A stretch of DNA of 64,000 bases from Mustelus asterias (lineage: Eukaryota), in NCBI RefSeq assembly GCF_964213995.1, contig NC_135806.1, positions 139,686,001-139,750,000 on the forward strand, given 5' to 3'. Under the pieces are notes generated by a model, which saw only the letters and a list, made by a program, of their open reading frames with translations, did not search any database and had not been told where the DNA came from. The position numbers and the translations under genes are program-made. Below are positions 1 through 13,322 of the stretch, piece after piece; the first letter of the stretch is position 1, and each line of letters opens with the position of its first letter.

Positions 1-130
1 CTCTTCACTTCAGGGATCATTCTCGTGAACTTTTCTGAAAGGGTCCAGAGAAGGTTCACCTACAGAAAGTTAATATCTGGACAAAAGGAGCAGGAGAATG
101 AGTAAGGAGTTGGGTGCGGGGAGCTAGTCA

Positions 131-470
131 TTTCTTTTATTCATTCGTGGGAAATGGGCATTGCTGGCTGGCCAGCATTTATTGCCCATCCCTAGTTGCC
201 CTTGGAGGGCAGTTGAGAGTCAACCACACTGCTGTGGATCTGGAGTCACATGTAGGCCAGACCAGGTAAAGACGGCAGATTTCCTTCCTTAAAGAACATT
301 AGTGAACCAGATGGGTTTTTCCGAAAATCGACAATGGTTTCATGGTCATCAGTAGATTCTTAATTCCAGATTTTTTTTAATTGAATTCAAATTCCACTAT
401 CTGCCGTGGTGGTATTCGAACCCCGGTCCCCAGACTTTCTGGATTAATAGTCTAACGATAATACCACTCG
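131..470 (-). mobile_element. tRNA-derived SINE, family C (ggttcactaatgtcc...ggcctacatgtgactccag core)
   Basis: B-box GGTTCGAATACC on the minus strand; core and tail gggcaactagggatgggcaataaatgctggcc recur near 4775-4920, 38890-39145 and 47655-47915. Confidence 0.75.
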
Positions 471-589
471 ATCACTTACTAATTAACACATGTTGACATG
501 AGAATGTGAGTTTGGTTCATCTGCCTTGAGTCTCGTTTGCACACAGACTCAGTAAAAGTGGATGGACAGGTACAAACACAATGTAATAT

Positions 590-1090
590 CTTTCACTGCG
601 AGGGGAGCTGAATACAAAGGATGGGAGAGGATGACTGTGGTGTAAATACCCTATGTGGAGTAGCTGCTTTCAGTCTGGCACTGCATCTCAGCAAGGACAT
701 ATTGACCATGGAGGGGGTGCAGCACAGATTTACTAGAATGTTCCCTGGGCTAAAAGGGTTAAATTCAGAGCACAGTTTGCAAAGACTAAACTTGTAATCC
801 CTTGAGTACAGGAGATTAAGGGGTGATCTAATGGCAATGATGAAAGGAGTTGGCGGGTGGATAGAGAGGAACATTTTCCTCTGGTGCGGGCAGTCCTGAA
901 CACAGGGACACTATCTCTGAGATTGTCAGGAATCACTTCTTGATACAGACAGTAGTGGAAATCCGAAGCTCTCTCCCACACACAGGCTCTTAGTGCTGAG
1001 GGGCATTGGGATATTTAAGAAGTGATGGATAGATTTTTATTAGGCGAGGATAAGAAGGGTTTCGGAGGCAAGGTGGGTGGAGCATGTTGA
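590..1090 (+). mobile_element. Old degenerate CR1 LINE 3' fragment
   Basis: Decayed match to the CR1 ORF2 C-terminus (gagggggtgcagcacagatttactagaatg). Confidence 0.65.
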
Positions 1091-2042
1091 GGTGCAGAGC
1101 AGCCATTTGGGGTGCCCAGACTGTGGGATGAGACCTTGGGGTTAGGGCTAGGGTACTGAGTGAGTCACTAGTGAATGTCAGAGTGAACCACACTGGTATG
1201 GGAGTGGCGTCATACTGACAACAAACTGAGCAATGATGGCATGTTTCCTTCCCTAAAGAGATATTAGAGACTGGGAGGATTTCCCAGCCGTCTGATAGCT
1301 TTGTGATCACAGACTGATAGCCAGCTTTTGTATTTCAGATTGATTCAAACTGAATTCAGATTCTCAAACTGACCCAATTCGATTTGAACTTGGCTTCTAG
1401 TCCAGTGACAGAACTTATTTTTAAAATTCATTTGTGGGCTGTGGGTGTCGCTGGCTGGCCAGCATTTATCGCCCATCCCCAGTTGCTCTTGAGAAGGTGA
1501 GCTGCCTTCATGAACCGCTGCAGTCCAAATCAGAGCACTGTCGGATGTCCTGGATGTGAAATGGTGTCCTAACTGACTGCATCTTTTAATCTCTGTGTAT
1601 TCACGGCAGATTAAGATTAGCCACACTTGAATGCAAAGCTAACGAGGTTCCATCTCCCATGTAAAGTCTTATCAGTGCAGCACACAGTGCAAACTCTGTG
1701 CAGTGGTCCTGCTGTTCTACAAAAGGTACAATGTGATGAGACATTTAATGGTCAGCTCATGAAACTGCCCCACTTTTTCTAAAGATTCTCCTGTCTGTTG
1801 GTTCCTTGCTTGGGTTCTAAAGGTCGCTATCAGATTAAATAAACTATCAGTGCTCAGTTTATCTTCATTCTGCAGAAATTAATTGTTAAATTAAATTGTT
1901 CTCTGGATTCTGAGGAGGTGACCGAAACAGATCTAAATGCTGGGCATAAAATACAGGAGACTATTCAGCTTATCGCACCCATGCCAACCCTTGGAATGAA
2001 TGATCCAACTCGTCCCATTCCCCTGCACTCTTCCCCAACCCA

Positions 2043-2380
2043 CAGCGGTGGCACAGTGGTTAGCACTGCTACCTCACAACTGCAGGGACCTGGGTTCAAT
2101 TCCGTCTTTGGGTCACTGCCTGTGTGGAGTTTGCACGTTCTACCCGTATCTGGGTGAGTTTCCTCCGAGTGCTCTGATTTCCTTCCACAGTCCAAAGATG
2201 TGCGGGTTAGGTTGATTGGCCATGGTAAATTGTCCCTTAGGTCCCGGGATGTGTAGGTTAGAGGGATTAGTGGGGTAAATATGTGGGTTATGGGGATAGG
2301 GCCTAGGGTGGGATTGTTGTCAGTGCAGACTCGATGGGCCAAATGGCCTCTTCCTGCACTGTAGGGATTCTATGATTCTA
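2043..2380 (+). mobile_element. tRNA-derived SINE (HE1/V-SINE-like) with CR1-type tail (type A)
   Basis: A-box gtggttagc, B-box gggttcaattcc, core gtgtggagtttgcacgttctc, tail gggccaaatggcctc...gattctatg. Confidence 0.85.
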
Positions 2381-2829
2381 CAGCCCTGCAAATGCTTCCT
2401 TTGCGAGGAATATCCAATTCCCTTCAGAAAGTTACTGTTTGACCTGTTTCCACTGTCTTATCAGGCAGCCTGTTCCGGATTGTCAAATTGTTCCTCCTCT
2501 TCCCCCTCTGGACCTTTTGGCAGTTGCCTTAAATCTGTGTCCCCTGGTGGAAACCTCTATCCAGTTCATTTTCCACAAGTAAACATCGTGTTCTCGACTG
2601 AATCTCAAAACTTAACAGTTCTCTAGGAAATGATGGCATTTATCGGAAAGGTCTCCATGATACAGGCACCGGACCCCTAATGCGGTGTCCCAAAGTCCGG
2701 AGTCAAAGCCAGGTCCTGTGCTGGGAACTGAGGATTATGATGTCCTGGACAATATCCTGCCTTTGTGTTGTTATACAGTTGGAGAATGTGAGAAAAGGGT
2801 GGTGAACTGTGAGGAAAGAATAAACAGGG

Positions 2830-3135
2830 ATGCGCAGTGGCACAGTGGAACTGCTGTCTCACAGCGCCAGAGACCGGGTTCAATTCACTGTCTGTGTGGA
2901 GTCTGCACATTCTCCCTGTGTCTGCGTGGGTTTCCTCTGGGTGCTCCAGTTTCCTCCCACAGTCCAAAGCGTTAGGTTGATTGGCCACGCTCAACTGACC
3001 CTAGTGTCAGAGGGATTAGTAGGGTAAATATGTGGAGTTACAGGAAAAGGGTCTGGGTGGGATTGTGGTCAGTCCAGACTCGATGGGCCGAATGGCCTCC
3101 TTCTGTACTGTAGGGATTTTATTCTATTCTATTCT
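2830..3135 (+). mobile_element. SINE type A
   Basis: Same head, core and tail as 2043-2380. Confidence 0.85.
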
Positions 3136-4209
3136 AACAGATGCACTAACCATAGAGAGGGAATAAACGCAAGTTACTTAAACGCTACTCAATAAAAGAC
3201 AGTTCAATGGAATAAGGATGACCAGTTTCCCCCACTCCAGAAACGAAAATCCAAAAAATCATTGTATCGGTACATGGCCGGTCCCGAGCTTGCTTGATGC
3301 GGGGTCTGGTACCTGTACAGGGACACAAATACCTTGCTTCATTCGGCACCTTTCGAATGGCTATGATACCTCGGGATATCCACAAACATTTAACAGCCAA
3401 TAAAGTGGTTTCAAAGTGCTCTAACAAGTAACCAGTTTGTACACAGCAAGGTGCCACAAATGGTAACATGACAATGACCATCCAGTCTGTTAGTTGGCTG
3501 GGGAATAAATATTGATGAGGATATTGGGTGAAATCCTCCGCTCTTCAAATCATACCGTGGCGTCTCCCACCTCCCAGCAGACAAGGTCTGTTTAATTTAG
3601 CCTCTGAAAGCAGCACCTCTGACAGTGTAGCCTTCCCTCAGCACTGTACCAGAAGGATCAGTCTGGACTTTATGTTTAATTCTCTGAATGGGCTGCATCA
3701 CAAGGCTTTGTGTGTTAGAATAAGGCAACATAACAGACTGAACTACCCGCAGATTCATTATTCTAATACAAATAATGGAATTGGTTGCTGCGAACAAGCT
3801 CGGGAAAGTAACCCAGTCATGATGGTTTTCGAAAGGGCAAGATCCAACGTGACTAACTTCTCTCTGAGGAGGTGATGTCCCAAGATGGCAGTGGGAACTC
3901 CAACACTTTCCGAAGGATGTTTGATCGTGTTCCACATTGACCAGTAATCACAGTATTTATGGAACAGCCTTGATATTGGCTGACAGTGTCGTGAAAATTG
4001 CGACACATCGGCCAATGCAGCACTTCTTCAGTACAGCGTGGAGCTGTCGGCACTCACGCCCAGTGAGGTTTGAACTTAAGTGGCAGAAGGGGGCATGAGG
4101 AAAAGCTTTTTTAAGCAGAGGGTGGCGGGTGTCTGGAATTCGCTGCCCGAGTTGGAGGCAGAGACCCTAAACGTGTTTAAAACGTATCTGCACCTCCATC
4201 TTCAGATCG

Positions 4210-4645
4210 CGTTGAAAGTAAGCGCGCAGGTACAGCAGGCAGCATAGCAGGCAGCATAGAAGGCAAATGTTGTCCTTCATAGCGAGAGGATTTGAGTAAA
4301 GGGATAGGGGTGTTTTGCTGCAATTGTCTAGGGCATTGGTGAGGCCACACCTGGAGTATTGTGTGCAGTTTTGGTGTCCTTATCTGAGGAAGGATGTCCT
4401 TGCTATAGAGGGAGTACAGCAAAGGCTTACCAGGCTGATTCCTGGAATGGCAGGTCTGTCATATGAGGAGAGACTAAGTCAGTTAGGATTATATTCACTG
4501 GAGTTTAGAAGAGTGAGAAGTGATCACATAGAAATTTATAAAATTCTAACAGGAATTAGACAGGATAGATTCAGAAAGAATGTTCCCGATGGTGGGGGAG
4601 CCCAGAACTAGGGGTCATAGTTTGAGGATAAGGAGTAAACCTTCT
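4210..4645 (+). mobile_element. CR1 LINE ORF2 fragment
   Basis: [13 protein letters not shown] and GLSYEERL motifs (ORF 4315-4611). Confidence 0.85.
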
Positions 4646-4978
4646 ATTAGAAAGGACACGTGGATGTCTTTGGATCAGCATGGATAAGATGGGCCGACTG
4701 GCTCCCTTCTGTGCTGCATCATTTCAGTAGTCCAATGGTACAGACTCAGCGGTAATAATGTAATTTTTAAAATTTTCTTTTATGGGATATGGGTGCCCCT
4801 GGAATGGCCAGTATTAATAGCCCTTGAACTGCGTAGATTGCACGGGCTATTTCAGAGGGCAGTTAAGAGTCTGCCACATTGTTGTGTGTCTGGAGTCACA
4901 TGTAGGCCAGACCAGATCTGCTTGTTACGAGGGGGAGTTTTTTTAATGGTAATACCATTTTCCCTCTTCTGATTACAG

Positions 4979-5030
4979 GTGATTTACATGGGAGTGGTGC
5001 TCTACGCACCAGCACTGGCGCTGAATGCAG
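4979..5030 (+). CDS. slc5a6: SLC5A6/SMVT coding exon (first in window)
   Basis: ttacag|GTG...GCAG|gtgggt; translates VIYMGVVLYAPALALNA, nearly identical to human SMVT VIYMGVVLYAPSLALNA; 52 bp, phase 0-1. Confidence 0.95.
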
Positions 5031-6614
5031 GTGGGTTAAAGTAAGATCAGTGAAATGACAAAGAGCACTTGAAGCTTCCCTGTCTGGATGGGATCCCCCT
5101 CAGGCCTGAGCTGATCTTCCTAAAGTCACTAAAGTAAAACAATTAATGACTTCTTTTCACAAGACAACAAACTGTTGGAAAAGCTAGATTTCTAAACCCA
5201 GACCGGATTTTTAAAAAATTCATTCATGGGACATGGGCGTCATTGGCTGGCCAGGATTTATTGCCCATTCCTCGCTGCCTTGAGAAGATGTTGGTGCATT
5301 GCCGCCTTGAATCGCTACATTGCCAGGATTCCTGGTTTTCAGCTGTCTAAGGTTGTTAGAATCTAATGAGTTCCAGTCCATATAAAGCAGGAGCAGTCTG
5401 AGTTTTGTCTGATAAAGGGTTTAAGAAGGGAATCGATAGAATTCTAGACTCTAAACCTGTCAAGGGGCATGGGGAGAGTGTGGGAGATGTTGAGATAGAG
5501 GACCAGCCATGATTGTGTTGAATGGTGGAGCAGGGTTGAAGGGCTGAATGGCCTACTGCTGCTCCTATGTTCTATGTTTCTCTGAATGGTACATAGCAAT
5601 TTGACCCAGCAAGCCATTGCCAAGTCTTTGAAAGAGCTATCCTACTAGCCTTGCTCACTCACTCTTTCCCCATAAACCCACAAATTATCTTTCCCAAACC
5701 CGGGATAGTCAGGCTGGTGAATCTTAACTTGTGGCTTTGCTGAATTTCCTGCCCTGTGAAGCTGGAATGAGATCCCGGACTAGCGTAGGATTTAATTGGA
5801 AGGACTGCTAAACCACTTAAAAGGCCACCGAGTCCGTGGCAAAGCGATTAAATCAGTCCCGTGCCTAACCAAATCCTACAAAATGAACATGCCCAGTGGA
5901 AGACCAAAGTAATTAAATGTTTCCAATCAACAGCATGGAAATAAAGCAGGAAGAAAATAACAAAATCAAAAGATGCTGGAGGAATAAGAACAGAAAAAAC
6001 TGGCAAACACTGGGCAGGTCAGGGCGACTGTTTCAGATTAATCTTTCAATCCTCACAGTTAATTAAATCATGGGAGATTTATTTTTTACAGAAATGCTTA
6101 ATTATTGTAGAGAAACATGGGAGACAGACGGCATTCATATCGGTTGCTTATTAACAACGGGAGTAATTGCCCTTGAGACTCTGTTGAATCACCAAAACAG
6201 GCCTTCCCTTTGTTCTGCCTGAACTCTGCCATTGTGGGGAATTGTTGTTATTCCATAACATGTTATGTTGGTGGGGAATGAGGAAATGGTGGGGTTAGGT
6301 GTGCGTCTTCTCATTTCTGAAATAAAACAGATCTTATTAAGGAAATAAAGCGTGGACCTTAAGTAGAATTGAGATCTTAGACATCTGGAAATGATTTGAC
6401 CAGCCCTGAAGGCGTAGCAACCTAAAATGGTTTCATTATGACCAAGAGACAAAACTCGCCCCACCAACAGGAGTGGGAGAGCTGGGGGCGGGGGGCGGGG
6501 GGGGGGCGGAGGGGAGAAATGTCACAAGGTGAAGGGAGGCAGCAGAGCGTTAACTCGATGTGCTGGTTGGGGAAGTTAAAACGAGAGAGGGGACAGAGTG
6601 CGGAGGAGGCTGTG

Positions 6615-6905
6615 GACAGCACAGTGGCACATTGGTTAGCACTGCTGCCTCATAGCGTCAGGGACTCGGGTTCGATGTGCGGAGTTTGCCCGTTCTCCCC
6701 GTGTCTGCGTGGGTTTCCTCCGAGTGCTCTGGTTTCCTCCCACAGTCCGAAAGATGAGCTGGTTAGGGTGCATTGGCGGTGCTAAATTCTCCCTCGGCGT
6801 ACCTGAACAGGCGCCAGAGTGTGGCGACTGGGGGATTTTCACAGTAACTTCATTGCAGTGTTAATGTAAGCCTACTTGTGACACTAATAAATAAACTAAA
6901 CTAAA
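6615..6905 (+). mobile_element. SINE type B (same head and core, tail cacagtaacttcattgcagtgttaatgtaagcctacttgtgacactaataaa)
   Basis: Multi-copy in the window. Confidence 0.85.
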
Positions 6906-7485
6906 AGTGAGAAGGAGGATAGATAGTGATGCTTGGGGGATCAGTGAGGGATCGCGGGAAGGGACAAGATTGCAGCGAGGGGGAGGCAGGGCATGGAGGG
7001 AGGGGCAGCGGGAAAGGTGACAGTCAAAGCACGAGAGGAAATTTCAACAGATAAAGTTAGACTTAATTTGCTCACATTCGCAGTGATTTAATTTGATTTA
7101 TTATTGTCACATGTATCAGCGTACAATGAAAAGTATTGTTTTTTACGTGCTATACAGACAAAGCATACCGTTCATAGAGAAGGAAAGAAGAGGTTGCAGA
7201 ATGTACTGTTACAGTCATAGCTCGGGTGTAGAGAAAGAAAAGGGTTAGAATAGAGTTTTAGATGCACAGAACAAGAGTAAAAGGTAGAATTAGAGGGTAT
7301 GCTGGGTACAGCTCGCAAGAAGTTGCCTCGCCCGGACGCCATCTTGAAAATACAGTGAAATGGTGTCCATCCATTTCCATGATTTTTGTTGGTTCATCAG
7401 TTCTCATCGTGGTTCTCTGGCGAGCTGCCGCTCTGCCCTTCTGAATCTTACTGTGTAAGTAATAAGAGCTGTGTTTGTTTTCCAG

Positions 7486-7553
7486 TAACTGGCTTTGATT
7501 TATGGGGAGCGGTGCTGACTATGGGACTCGTTTGCACGCTGTACACGGCATTG
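7486..7553 (+). CDS. slc5a6: SLC5A6 coding exon
   Basis: ttccag|...|gtgagt; (V)TGFDLWGAVLTMGLVCTLYTAL; 68 bp, phase 1-0. Confidence 0.95.
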
Positions 7554-8439
7554 GTGAGTAACCAATGGGCTAGAGAGTTGGAGCTTTCCAAACAGCATTG
7601 ATCGTGAAATCTTGAGTCTTGCCTCTATGCAATGCCTCGGTGAACCTCAGGATGGCCCCTCTAGCCAGTGTTGTAATGTAGGAAACGCATAGCAAGATCC
7701 CACAAACAGCAAGGTTTGAGCGGCCTTTTTCTAATATTGGGCAGGATGTAGGAAGGTGAGAAGGCCCCTCAGGCTTGTTCTACCATTCAGTTAGAATCAA
7801 GGATGATTTGTATCTTAACTGTTAATTTGCCTGCTGTAGTTCCAGTTCCCTTCATATCCTTGCCAAATCTATTATTGTCTGTATTAAAATTTTCAATTTT
7901 CCCCCAGGCTCTCAGCTTTGTGGAAGCGGAGATTCCTGACTTGAACACAATGGAGATCTCGCCTGCCCCCCTTCACGTCAGTGTCCTGAGGGGCCAGGCA
8001 GAGGTCTCGGTTCAACATCTCATCTGAAACACAGCGCTCCCTCGGTGCTGTGCTACCCCGCCCCAACATCAACCTAGATCATGCGGTTAATTGTCTGGAG
8101 CATGATCTGGTGCACAGCACGATCCCAGAACAACAATAACAATGAAATAAAAGACAGATAGTCTGTTTCATGGTTTTGGTTGAGGGATAAAGAATGACCA
8201 CATAGGAACAAGTGGAAGCCATTCCGCCTCTGAAAGCTGTTCTCCGGTTCAGTTAGATCAGAGCTGGTGTGAATCCTAACCCTTGCCTATCCACACTGGG
8301 AGTGTCAGCCAGGGTTTTCTGCTCGAGTCTCTGGAGTAGGGAGTTCAATCTCTGACTGCGAGTGGCGAGTGTCAGCCACTGACGCAGGCTGCTTCCCTGT
8401 CTCAGTCCTGTTAACCACACCTCTCCACTTGACCCTCAG

Positions 8440-8594
8440 GGTGGACTCAAGGCCGTAATCTGGACGGATGTCTTTCAGACACTGGTAATGTTTTCTGGAC
8501 AGCTGGCTGTCATCATCATCGGAGCGAGGCAGGCGGGAGGGATCAGTGAAGTGTGGCGAATCGCCAAAGAAAACGGCAAGATCGCAGGGATTGA
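8440..8594 (+). CDS. slc5a6: SLC5A6 coding exon
   Basis: cctcag|...|gtaagt; [51 protein letters not shown], containing the sodium:solute symporter signature; 155 bp, phase 0-2. Confidence 0.96.
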
Positions 8595-8929
8595 GTAAGT
8601 GCCTTTGTAAAAAAAATTAAAACAGGGGGAATCAAATTAAATCGATAATGACCTTACTGAACATGTGGCGAGGAAGGAACCAGAGGAACCAATTTAAAAT
8701 AATTGAAGGCTGTGATGGCCATTTTTACTGCAGTAAGCTATTTAATGTGGACCACACTGGCTGAAAGAGCTGTGGATGCAGATTCAATACAAACTCTCAA
8801 AGAGGAATTGGATAAACTCTTGAGTTGAACCTTCCAGGGCTCTGGGGAGTGGGACCAATTCAGAGAGTGTGGTGTTACAGTGTGTGGGGAGATTAGTCTG
8901 TATTGCTAATGTGTCCTTGTTTTCCGCAG

Positions 8930-9070
8930 CCTGAACCCTGACCCCTTTGAGCGTCACACCTTCTGGACGCTGAGTTTTGGCGGCGTGTTCATGATGCTGG
9001 CACTTTACGGTGTGAACCAGGCCCAAGTACAGCGGTATCTAAGCTCACGCACGGAGCATCAGGCGATATT
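8930..9070 (+). CDS. slc5a6: SLC5A6 coding exon
   Basis: ccgcag|...|gtgagt; (D)[46 protein letters not shown]; 141 bp, phase 2-2. Confidence 0.96.
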
Positions 9071-9151
9071 GTGAGTGACTGAATCAAACCAGACTGCGCC
9101 ACAAACTTGGCCTGGTCATTGTTTATTGTTTTACAACATTATTCACAAATC

Positions 9152-9445
9152 CGGTGGCGGCACAGCGGTTAGCACTGCTGCCTCACGGCGGCAGGGACCC
9201 GGGTTCGATTCCCGGCTTAGGTCACTGTCTGTGTGGAGTTTGTACGTTCTCCCCGTGTCTGGGTGCTCCGGTTTCCTCCCACAGTCTGAAAGACGTGCTG
9301 GTTAGGTGCATTGACCATGCTAAATTCTCCCTCAGTGTACCCAAACAGGCGCCGGAGTGTGGCGACTAGGGGACTTTCACAGTAACTTCATTGCGGTGTT
9401 AATGTAAGCCTACTTGTGACATTAATAACTAAACGTTAAACTTAA
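9152..9445 (+). mobile_element. SINE type B
   Basis: A and B boxes, core and type B tail. Confidence 0.85.
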
Positions 9446-10014
9446 ATCCAGGAGAGGGATCTCACAGACATCATGACTTAATACTGATTATAAACTGTGG
9501 CATGACCTTACCTTGAGCTAGAATAATGGGAAGAGGATGTGGCCATTCAGCCCCTTGCTCCTGTTTGCTCATTCAGTTATACCATGGCCAATCTATATCT
9601 TAACTCCATTTATTCACCCTTAATATCCTTGTTGCCTTTGTTATTGACTGTTCATACCATAGCCTAACATGAACCTGTCAATCTTTATTCTGAAGTTTTC
9701 AATGGCTCCCCTTCCCCACCCTCAGCAGTTTCTTGGAGGAATGAGTTCCAGATTTCCACAGCCCATTGTGTTTCCTGCTAGTGTCCTGAATGGCCTGGTG
9801 TTCATTTACCCGTTATTCTGGACTCTTGCCCCCACCGGAGAAAATAGTTTCTCACCATTGACCCTATCCAATCCTTCAATCATCCTGAATATCTCGAGTT
9901 TAATCACCTCTTAAATCTTCTAAACTCGAGGGAATACATGTTCAGTCCATGCAACTTGTTCTCCTTATTCAACTCTTTTAGCCCGGATAGCATTCTGATG
10001 AATCTAGGCTGTTA

Positions 10015-10285
10015 GTTAAAGTTTAAAGTTTATTTATTAGTGTCACAAGTAGGTTTACATTAACACTGCAATGAAGTAACTGTGAAAATCCCCTAGTCGC
10101 TACACCCTAGCGCCTGTTCGGGTACACTGAGGGAGAATTTAGCATGGCCAATGCACCTAACCCGCACGTCTTTGGACTGTGGGAGGAAACCCACGCAGAC
10201 ATGGGGAGAATGTGCAAACTCCACACAGACCGTGACCCAAGGCGGGAATCGAACCTGGGTCCCTGGCGCTGTGAGGCAGAGGTTA
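10015..10285 (-). mobile_element. SINE type B
   Basis: Reverse complement of type B. Confidence 0.85.
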
Positions 10286-10681
10286 GCCCTGAATTCACAA
10301 TGAGGTGGAGTGGAATCTGGTACCGCACTCTGCTGCCACTTCAGCCTGTGGGTTTACTCTGCTCCTTTTGGTATCCCTGCATATCCAAATTGTTTGGCAT
10401 TAACAAACCTGCGCTGAAATTCAAGTTCCCCTCCAGGGACTTGAGTCCGCGATCCAAGCGCACTCTGCAGCGCAGAGGGAATGCTGCACTTTTCGAATGA
10501 AATGTTAAACCCGGGTCCTGTCTGCTGTCGCAGGTGTAAAGGCCCCAGGGCATTTATTCCAAAGAAGAGTATGAAGTTCTCCTGGGGTGTACTGAATGAT
10601 ATTTATCCCCCATGCAACATCACAGCAACAGTCATTGTCACGTTGCTGTCTATGGGAACTTGCTGTGTGCAAATTGTTTAA

Positions 10682-11000
10682 GGGCGGCACGGTGGCACAA
10701 TGATTAGCTCCGTTGCCCCTCAGCACCAGGGACCCGGGTTCAATTCCCAGCTTGGGTCACTGTCTGTGTGGAGTTTGCACATTCTCCCCGTGTCTGCAAG
10801 GGTTTCCTCCAGGTGCTCCAGTTTCCTCCCACAGTCCAGAAATGTGCAGGTTACGTGCAGTGGCCGTGCTAAATTGCCCCTTAGTGTCAGGGGGATTATC
10901 AGGGTAAATACATGGGGTTAGGGCGATAGGGCCTGGGTGGGATTGTTGTCAGTGCAGACTCGATGGGCCGAATGGCCGCCTCCTGCTCTGCAGGGTTTCT
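10682..11000 (+). mobile_element. SINE type A
   Basis: A and B boxes, core and CR1-type tail. Confidence 0.85.
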
Positions 11001-11354
11001 ATAATTACTGTATTTCAAATATTACAAAAATACCTAATAGGCTGTAAAGTGTTTTGGGGTATCCTTGTGAAAGGTGCAGTAAAGATGTGTGTTTTGATCT
11101 GTATTGCACCATAAACACAGTGAGGTTCCTGACATTTACAGAGACCACAGCATCAGCGGAAAACATCCAACCCATTCCAGCACCAGGGACCAATGGAATG
11201 TCCACCCACTTCCCTCACCAGGGAATTTACGGGGCATATAACGGAATCGTATTTTTAAAAGCCAGGGTGACCGGCGTGAAGTCAGTCTCGAATGTGTCGG
11301 ATATCTTTTGTTTCTGCTTGTTACCTCTCCCCGTCTGTTCACCTCCCCCTGTAG

Positions 11355-11484
11355 GTCGTGTTATGTGGTGTTTCCGTGTCAGCAGATAGTTCTGGCCCTG
11401 GGGTGCCTGATGGGCCTGGTAATGTATGCTCGCTATGGAGAGAATGGCCCACTACAGCAAGGTTATGTCAGCGCCTCGGATCAG
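11355..11484 (+). CDS. slc5a6: SLC5A6 coding exon
   Basis: ctgtag|...|gtacca; (L)SCYVVFPCQQIVLALGCLMGLVMYARYGENGPLQQGYVSASDQ; 130 bp, phase 2-0. Confidence 0.94.
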
Positions 11485-11605
11485 GTACCACCTACTTTAT
11501 AAAATCCAAACCGGGTGAAAGCAACAATTAGAATTATGTTTATCTCTCTGCCTTTCATGGCCACACGATGTCTGAATCTATTTTACTGCCAATGCATTAC
11601 ATCAA

Positions 11606-12150
11606 ATTTACAGCACAGAATCTCGAAATTATTAGGCCATTTGGCCCATCGTGTCTGCACCGGCTCTCCGAATGAGCATCATGGTTTAGGGCCGTGCCCC
11701 TGCTTTTTCCCTGTACCCCTGCACATTGTTTCTATTCAAATAATCATCGAATGTCCTCTTGAATGCCTCGATTGAAGCTGCCACCACCACACTTCCAGGC
11801 AGTGCGTTCCAGACCCCAACCACCCACTGAGTGAAAAAGTTTTCTCCAATATCACATTTGCTTCTTTTGCAAATCACATTAAATCTGTGCCCTCTCGCTC
11901 TCGATCCCTTTACGAGCGGGAACAGTTTCTCTCTATCTCCTCTGCCCAACTCTTGTCATAATTTTGAACATCTCTATCAAATCTCTCAGCCTTCTTCTCT
12001 CCAAGGAGAACAGTCCCAACCTTTCCAATCTATCCTCATAACTGAAGTTTCTCATCCCTGGAACCATTCTTGTAAACCTCTTCCGCACTCTCTCCAATGC
12101 GTTCGCATCTTTCCTGTAGTCTGGCACCCGGAACTGTGCACAATCCTCCT
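11606..12150 (-). mobile_element. CR1 LINE 3' fragment
   Basis: ORF2 C-terminal motifs ([34 protein letters not shown]). Confidence 0.88.
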
Positions 12151-12451
12151 ACGGACAAGAGTGAATACATTTCCAAAGTTACTTAATGGCTCTGGAGCAA
12201 ATGGGTGTCCTAAGGTTGTGAGAGGCACTGTATAAATCATAGAGTGATTAGAACACAGGAAGAGGCCATTCAGCCCATCTATCTAGCCTATCAGAGATTG
12301 CCAGTTCTCTGTCGAGCCAATCCAATCAGTCCAATTCCTCCACTCAATCCCTGCAAGTCACTGTTTGTTTTTCCTTACTGTATGTTTGCAGTGTTGTGAA
12401 GTTTTGCTGTCTAGATAGAATGTATAAAAAAGGGGATAAAAGGGGGGACTG

Positions 12452-12738
12452 AAACCAAAAGAGAAAATGCTGGAAAATCTCAGCAGGTCTGGCAGCATCT
12501 GTAAGGAGAGAAAAGAGCTGACGTTTCGAGTCCGGATGTTCCTTTGTCAAAGCTAAAATGCAGAGAAAGTAGCTAAGACTCATCTTTCATTCCCTCACCC
12601 ACAGTATAAAAATCTCCCACTTTCTATGTCTTTTAGCTTTGACAAAGGGTCATCTGGACTTGAAACGTCGGCTCTTTTCTCTCCTTACAGATGCTGCCCG
12701 ACCTGCTGTGAGATTTTCCAGCGTTTTCTCTTTTGGTT
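12452..12738. mobile_element. Penelope-like terminal sequence as an inverted repeat
   Basis: Arms of about 105 bp (12452-12558 and 12631-12738) are reverse complements; contains gatgctgcc..acctgctg..gattttccagc. Confidence 0.7.
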
Positions 12739-13071
12739 AGAGAGAATGTGTGCTGGCTCTGGTTAAATTGACCGGTTTAGGGAGCTACCCCTTGCGAGAA
12801 AACTACAAATACTTTTGTTTTTTATGTTGAGGTGATAAATAGCCCCAACATCCAGATGTCAAACATTAATAGCGCAGTCGGAGTGGGAGTTTAATGAAGG
12901 TATGGATGAGGTGGGAGTATTTGTGCTTACCGGGATCAGGGGGGATGAAATCGATTGGATTTGGGAGTATGTGTAGGGTCGAGAGGATTGAGGGATCCTG
13001 CTTCCTGAGGGTCGAGTGGGAGCTGGAGGTGATGAGAGCCAGAACTGAGAGGGCAAGCAGCACACACTCCC

Positions 13072-13073
<2 letters not shown>

Positions 13074-13106
<33 letters not shown>
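13074..13106 (+). repeat. Poly-G run (33 nt)
   Basis: Read directly from the sequence. Confidence 0.95.
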
Positions 13107-13107
<1 letters not shown>

Positions 13108-13322
13108 GAGAGACTGGAGCAGTCTGCAGAAGTGGCCAGAAGATGAGGCAACTTGTAATTGGGTCTGGGATCTTGAATTTGGTAAGTGGGAGGGGGCTGC
13201 GTAGAGTCTGTGGGGGTCGGTGAGGACAGGCCAGGGCTGGTATTTGGGTTCATACCTGTGATTCTTGCCATACATTTGTGCATTTACCTGATCAGCAATG
13301 TCACGTCTGGTTTGAATTGCAG

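Noticed and set aside
1-4978. Upstream slc5a6 exons (YLELRF... and the N-terminus)
   Set aside because: No matching exon was found; they presumably lie before the window.
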